Of a stretch of DNA of 64,000 nt, positions 59,382 through 64,000 are shown one piece after another (position 1 is the stretch's first letter; each line of letters opens with the position of its first letter). The translations under genes were made by a program, and so were the position numbers. The notes below the pieces were generated by a model. That model was not told the origin of the DNA, made no database searches, and was given only the letters and a program-made list of their open reading frames with translations. Origin of the DNA: Eledone cirrhosa (Eukaryota); contig OZ024753.1 in the NCBI GenBank assembly GCA_964016885.1, forward strand, positions 22,630,001-22,694,000, written 5' to 3'.

Positions 59382-59384
<3 letters not shown>
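56249..59384 (-). mobile_element. 5'-truncated Tx1/L1-clade non-LTR retrotransposon in (TA)n
   Basis: GC-rich island; ORF2; 3' UTR ending gcaaataaaagaaa-(TA)n; second 3' copy at 16470. Confidence 0.92.
56511..59294 (-). CDS. Tx1-like ORF2: end of APE endonuclease, reverse transcriptase, CCHC zinc knuckle (frame open upstream to ~59384)
   Basis: SRSYLDR and SDH (APE), GPGYWKLN, KSPGLDG, FRPITLLN, LDQSKAFDRVDH, RQGCPLS, YADD, CPRC...ETVAHALVHC; no stops in 927 aa. Confidence 0.93.
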   Translation of the reverse strand: MRMVGYSDHKLVTCMVNLDRTHRQGPGYWKLNLSLPASRAYRNRISTLVKERLTGAIVNSRWWVSLKREIRVVSIEFSKVLAADRNRKERELIDRVEEAIRSGDVARVLASRTALSQFFDAKHEGCVVRSKIRALGNEGTKAVSWARVTEANSGTKSTIRSLRDLDGRAILEPKQMCEAFQRHFARLFGRGGEPVGNVDFGPYLDGLPRLSDREAKSCEEPISAAEIEDVLSQCGKRKSPGLDGLPYELYLAMPDLFPDLLEAVYCNWQQNGRIPCTVTKGVVTLVRKDENKGDEISNFRPITLLNTELQILAKVLAKRLALVVGNLVGDAQTCAIPSRSIHDNLHLMRYIIERVGNEPGFGGALINLDQSKAFDRVDHGYLDAVLAAAGFGPVFRGWITAMHSSRICSRVKVNGYLSEPFKIARSIRQGCPLSSLLYVLTLEPLLRKLELLQGIPLEPGLRKAVSAYADDVTVMVSTASEIEAVGTLLEEYEKFTGAKLNRDKSIGLQLGTWRGRPMPSDGVVGRWTEGPVKLLGVWFGPDLQVEKNWAEVTNRVFALTQKWASCKLSLKGRAEVANTYIASVIYYRLTVVPCPRETLTKMERALFQFLWKRRAPMVRRSICCQHPSKGGLGMPWLMMRKHALRLRHLYVFLTGQPVWASFVRRTFPRLVSLTELQSWVKQRPRKLGAWHTECAQALTALWQADPVISGDSTATFYRGLVRSRCNDALGEALDMEEDELASLFGRTFSPGPMDNFQKSLAWQCYRGALPVRERLYRHGRPGRDPAKKICPRCVCDEETVAHALVHCSGVADLWGYVEQLLSRVGPIRLTTESIVMIKPPPPFKDEAEAVFLCVIAMAKEVVWWTRLKGLRSGTFLSGQQLVRFFRYHFGRRSRMEREVLHPSRFYERWVKVARMARVNGPSLYIRL

Positions 59385-59435
<51 letters not shown>

Positions 59436-60457
59436 GCCTCTCTCTCTCTATATATATATATGTATATGTATGTGTGTATGTGTGTGTGTGCGTATGCATG
59501 TATGTGTGAACGGAGGTATATATACGGACATATGTATATGTGTACACGTGTGTGTGTGTATGTGTACATGTGTGTGTGTGTGTGTGTATGTGTGCGTGTA
59601 TGTGTATATATGTATATTTAGTTATGAATCTTTATGTGTGTATATGTATGTATATGTATGTATGTATATATATATATATACCCAAGTGGAGGTATGAGTA
59701 CATATTCGTGTGTGTACGTATGTGTATATGTGTTTTTATATGTGTCTTTATATGTTTTTGTGTATATATGTGGATGTATATGTACATGGGTGTGTGATTG
59801 ATGGTGTGTGCCTATATATTCCTACATATACCCGTGTGTGTATGTACGTATATACGCACATATGTGTGTGTTGAACAAAGGACTAATTATGGGATGGACG
59901 TAGAAAAATTCTTCAGAAAAAAATAATTGTTTACAAACTTGGCAGGTGCGATTTGCCTGTGACCGTTCTCAACACAAAGGAATACTAAAAGCTTTTTCCC
60001 CTGAATAAAGGAATTTTTCGAGAATGACCGGGGCAGGCCGCACTTGCTACATTTCTCCCCACCCAACCCTACTCACCGTCTCAACTCATTACTGCTATTA
60101 ACACTTTTTCAACACACCTACACCCATACACTTATTAAAGGGGGAGAAAAAAAAAACCCTACCACACCACAGACATGTTAAATCATTATATATAGAACAA
60201 CACACCACATACACATCAGTTTGACAAGCGCACCTCAGCGTGAAAGGTCGTTCTAAAAACGAAACAATACCTCCTACGTTAACCAAGAACTCCTAAGACC
60301 TAACCAACAACCAACAACTTAATTTATAAAATAATTTTTTTAAGGAAAAAAAAAAAAATATTTTTCTAATCCGCAAAAAAATTATTTTTGGATATTGTGA
60401 AGAAAATAAATTTGTTGAAAACACAAGTGAAGCCATTTTTTCTTCCCCCCTGTCTTA

Positions 60458-60490
<33 letters not shown>

Positions 60491-60639
60491 TATGCATATA
60501 TATATATATATATATATATGCATATATACATATATGCATATAGATTTTGAGTTTATGTTGGTTGTATACCAACACCTCAGTATGCACATTGGAGCACCCG
60601 ACGAAGTGCGCAGGTTGGTTTGGTTACTCCGGAGTAGTG

Positions 60640-60995
60640 TAAAATAAGGTTAAATAAAAGTCAAATGATTAAAATCTAGCTTCGTTTATTACTGCTATAT
60701 ATATTTCAGTGACAGCCATCTTTGGCTGTGACCTCTTCAGGCAGTTTGAATTAGTATGGTATAGACAAGTACATATGTTGTTTAGGTGTATAATATTGTC
60801 AATACTCTGATATGCCCTGGCATATCAGAGTATTGACAATATTATACACCTAAACAACATATGTACTTGTCTATACCATACTAATTCAAACTGCCTGAAG
60901 AGGTCACAGCCAAAGATGGCTGTCACTGAAATATATATAGCAGTAATAAACGAAGCTAAATTTTAATCATTTGACTTTTATTCAACTTTATTTTA
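60640..60995. repeat. Near-perfect ~355-bp palindrome (2-nt loop at 60817-60818) carrying a hammerhead on each strand (60691-60745 minus; 60890-60944 plus)
   Basis: actgc CTGAAGA ggtcacagcca aaga tggctgtcact GAAA tatata TA gcagt and its mirror. Confidence 0.85.
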
Positions 60996-61057
60996 TATAT
61001 GCATATATATATATATGCATATATATGCATATATATATACATATATTTATATATATA

Positions 61058-61136
<79 letters not shown>

Positions 61137-61349
61137 TTGAGGTTTTTTTTTAGAAAATTAAAAATAACCGAGGTGTCCTACACGAGTGAAAGTATAAAGA
61201 AAAAGAGATGAAATCGAAAATGCAACTGGAGTCTTATTTTTTTAAAAAAATATATATATATTTATTTGGTTCCTTTACCGGTTTCGCAGTTCTTCTGCTT
61301 TTCAAAAGGTGAGTTGAGATGGAGGGTCTGTGGTTTTTCTCACATATAT

Positions 61350-61404
<55 letters not shown>

Positions 61405-61408
<4 letters not shown>

Positions 61409-61680
61409 AAAGTTCTATTTAAATTGTTGCGATACAACAAACAAATATTTTTATAACTGATATAAAGCACTCAACAAGTTTTTGGAGTAAACATACGATA
61501 TTAACAAATGGAAACTATATTTATAAAACCATATTTATTTCATTATACATATTTCAAGGACACCAAGTTAAATTATGGTGGGCTTTCAATAGACAAAATA
61601 TAATATAGATCAGTTTTATAAATAAATATTGACATACCCTTAAAAATGCAACCATTACTGTTGGAAGCTCCCGGATATTC
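61405..61680 (-). mobile_element. Family E mini-element with decayed HHR core (CTATTGA)
   Basis: Reverse complement of 47060-47335 and 45470-45660. Confidence 0.65.
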
Positions 61681-61849
61681 ATATATATATATATGCATAT
61701 ATAGGAACGAGTAGGACTAGCCGTCGAAACGGCTTGAGCTCAACCGTCGGGGTCCTACTCGTTCCTATTCCCCACTCTACTACCCTAAGTATTGAGTAAT
61801 TTGGTGCGTTATGGTCCACCTGGTTCCTTACCACATTTCCTTCGTCATA

Positions 61850-61900
<51 letters not shown>

Positions 61901-61905
<5 letters not shown>

Positions 61906-63298
61906 TAAAACCACGGAAACGAATTCACTTCTACTTAGTTTTGATGTGGTAAACCTTTACACCAACATTACACATGTTTTAGGAATAAAGGCGGTTAAAT
62001 ACTGGGTGGAAAAACATAGAGAAGTAATTCCCATCAGATTCACAGGACCATTTATATTAGACGCAGTTAAACTTATTCTGGAAAACAACACTTTCTTCTT
62101 CAATGGAAAGAATTACATCCAAATTAGAGGCACAGCGATGGGAACGAAGTTTTCTCCCGTTTACGCGAACTCTGTAATGGGATACTTAGAACAACAACTC
62201 TACCAAGAAATAGAGGAAAATATAGTACTGACTTTAGAAAGCACATTGAAAAATCTTGGAAGAGATACCTTGACGACTGTTTCATCATCTGGCCAGAATC
62301 TCTAGATACTCTGGATGAGTTCAATATCCTCCTGAATAACCTACACCCATCTCTTCAATTCACAAAAGAGATGAGTAGGACCAAATTACGATTCCTAGAT
62401 ATAATGATAATCAAAAACGACACCATCATCACCACGGTTATATATTATAAACACACAGACACCCATCAATATCTGAATTTTAAGTCGTGCCATCCACCTC
62501 ATACAAAACGCAACATCCCATAATACCTAGCCAGAAGAATTTGTACCATTGTAGAAGATACGAATACCAGGTACAAACGCCTAACAGAACTAAGAGAATT
62601 TTTGCTCAAACAAAAATACCCATCTCTACTTATAGAAAATGGCATACAGCGGGCTATAAAATACCTATACAACAACTTAGGACAACCCAAGGAAGAAGAA
62701 ACCAAGAACTGGTCATACCATTTATAATGACACACAACCCATGTCACCAGAATATCTTCAACACTGCCAAAGCAAACCTACCGATCATTGCTCAAAGTAA
62801 TGAATTAAAAGGCTTAATCACAGATCGATCTTTGACTCTTAGTAAAAGACAGCCAAAAATTTGAAGCAATTACTAACAAAAGCAAAGTTTGACCTTAACA
62901 ACAAAGACGAATCATTCACAGTATCTAAATGCAATGATAGTCGATGCGGCACATGTCAATCCATACACGCCGGTCAATATATGAAAACAAAAACTGTAAA
63001 AATATTCCCAAATGCAAATATGAACTGCAAAAGCAGAAATCTAATTTACTGCATTAAATGAAGAACTATATGTCGGTCAAACTGGAAATGCACTATCGGA
63101 ACGTGCACGGGTACACCGTCAGCAAATCAGAGACCCAAATGTCCGTCAGATACCCCTAAGTAACCATCTAGCAACATGTGGTCAGGGAATATTTATAATA
63201 TTCCCATTCTACAAATTACACAGCCCAAGTGAAATCAAGAGAGAAATCAAAGAAAATAATTTTATTGATAAATTCAAACCCAAGCTAAATGAACAATA
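61901..63298 (+). pseudogene. PLE RT, thumb and GIY-YIG endonuclease (Neptune-like), 5'-truncated, several frameshifts and stops
   Basis: SFDVVNLYTNI, GTAMGTKFSPVYAN, WKRYLDD, FLDI, CNDSRCGTC, NMNCKSRNLIYCIK, YVGQTG. Confidence 0.9.
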
Positions 63299-63361
63299 AT
63301 AACGCTTAGGGGTATTACTTCTACTATGACTATGACTACGACCATGGCGACTACGACCACT

Positions 63362-63431
<70 letters not shown>

Positions 63432-63509
63432 GTGATGTTGATTGTGATGATTACTAGAAAATGCTATTTTCATCATTTCTAAAAATAGCAAAACAATTGA
63501 TGCTTTGGA

Positions 63510-63690
63510 TAGGAACAATTATTGGTCGTTAGACATGCTCAACCAATCGTGACGCTTAAACCAATCAGCTTTAGTAATTCAGTGAAACTACACACCGATT
63601 GGTCGAAATACAGTTTGCAAGATTTAGCATTCTAGAGCCACTTTTCACTGTATATAAGGTACAACATTTACCCATCTCATTACAGTTGAA
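63510..63690 (+). promoter_or_regulatory. Candidate Pol II promoter of the pLTR
   Basis: Four CCAAT/ATTGG boxes between ~63520 and 63602, TATATAA at 63651, Inr-like TCATT about 28 nt downstream. Confidence 0.55.
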
Positions 63691-63720
63691 AATTGCAAAC
63701 TTGACTGTCACCACAGAATA

Positions 63721-63759
63721 TGAACCTGAAGATTGCGAAAGCATGAAAGTACTTGTTCA
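63721..63759 (+). ncRNA. Minimal type I hammerhead in pLTR
   Basis: tgaac CTGAAGA t tgc gaaa gca t GAAA gtac TT gttca; palindrome aagtactt; GNRA-capped stem II. Confidence 0.82.
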
Positions 63760-64000
63760 ATTAACACTTAACATTTAATATTCTACCATACTATTTCATT
63801 ATACCATTATAATTTTAAAGGATTGTAAATAAAACAAGTAAATCAGACAAAGTTGGAATACCTCTTATTAATATAATTTTCTATACACAATCATACACAC
63901 CCGTGTATATTTATCTATTTCGGTTGAGGGTAGGCGGTCCGCATGTTACCACTGCGCAAGCAGAGGTCACCTAAGGGCTGCCTGTCCACAATTGACGAAA

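Overview
AT-rich eukaryotic DNA (invertebrate; the SINEs and LINE tails look cephalopod-like, which is an inference) with no recognisable host gene. The window is a pile-up of transposable elements inserted into (TA)n microsatellites. It holds at least ten fragments of Penelope-like retroelements (PLEs) of two endonuclease types, a decayed RepHel Helitron in a head-to-tail array with its own deletion derivatives, a Buster/Charlie-type hAT element with TIRs and an 8-bp TSD, a Tx1/L1-type LINE with an uninterrupted ORF2, CR1-type LINE tails and tRNA-derived SINEs. The main signal not shown by the ORF track is RNA: by hand I find more than 40 type I hammerhead-ribozyme (HHR) or HHR-like motifs in roughly 15 sequence families, many as fold-back pairs on opposite strands. 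The most striking structure is a 5.15-kb head-to-head array (50207-55360) of a near-identical, non-coding ~558-bp unit, each copy carrying one HHR (5 per strand), consistent with a young retrozyme-like circular-RNA replicon. A second, ~443-500-bp circularly permuted HHR repeat is dispersed through the window. All ribozyme calls come from manual base-pairing, not covariance-model searches or cleavage assays. Most short ORFs in the track are microsatellite artefacts.
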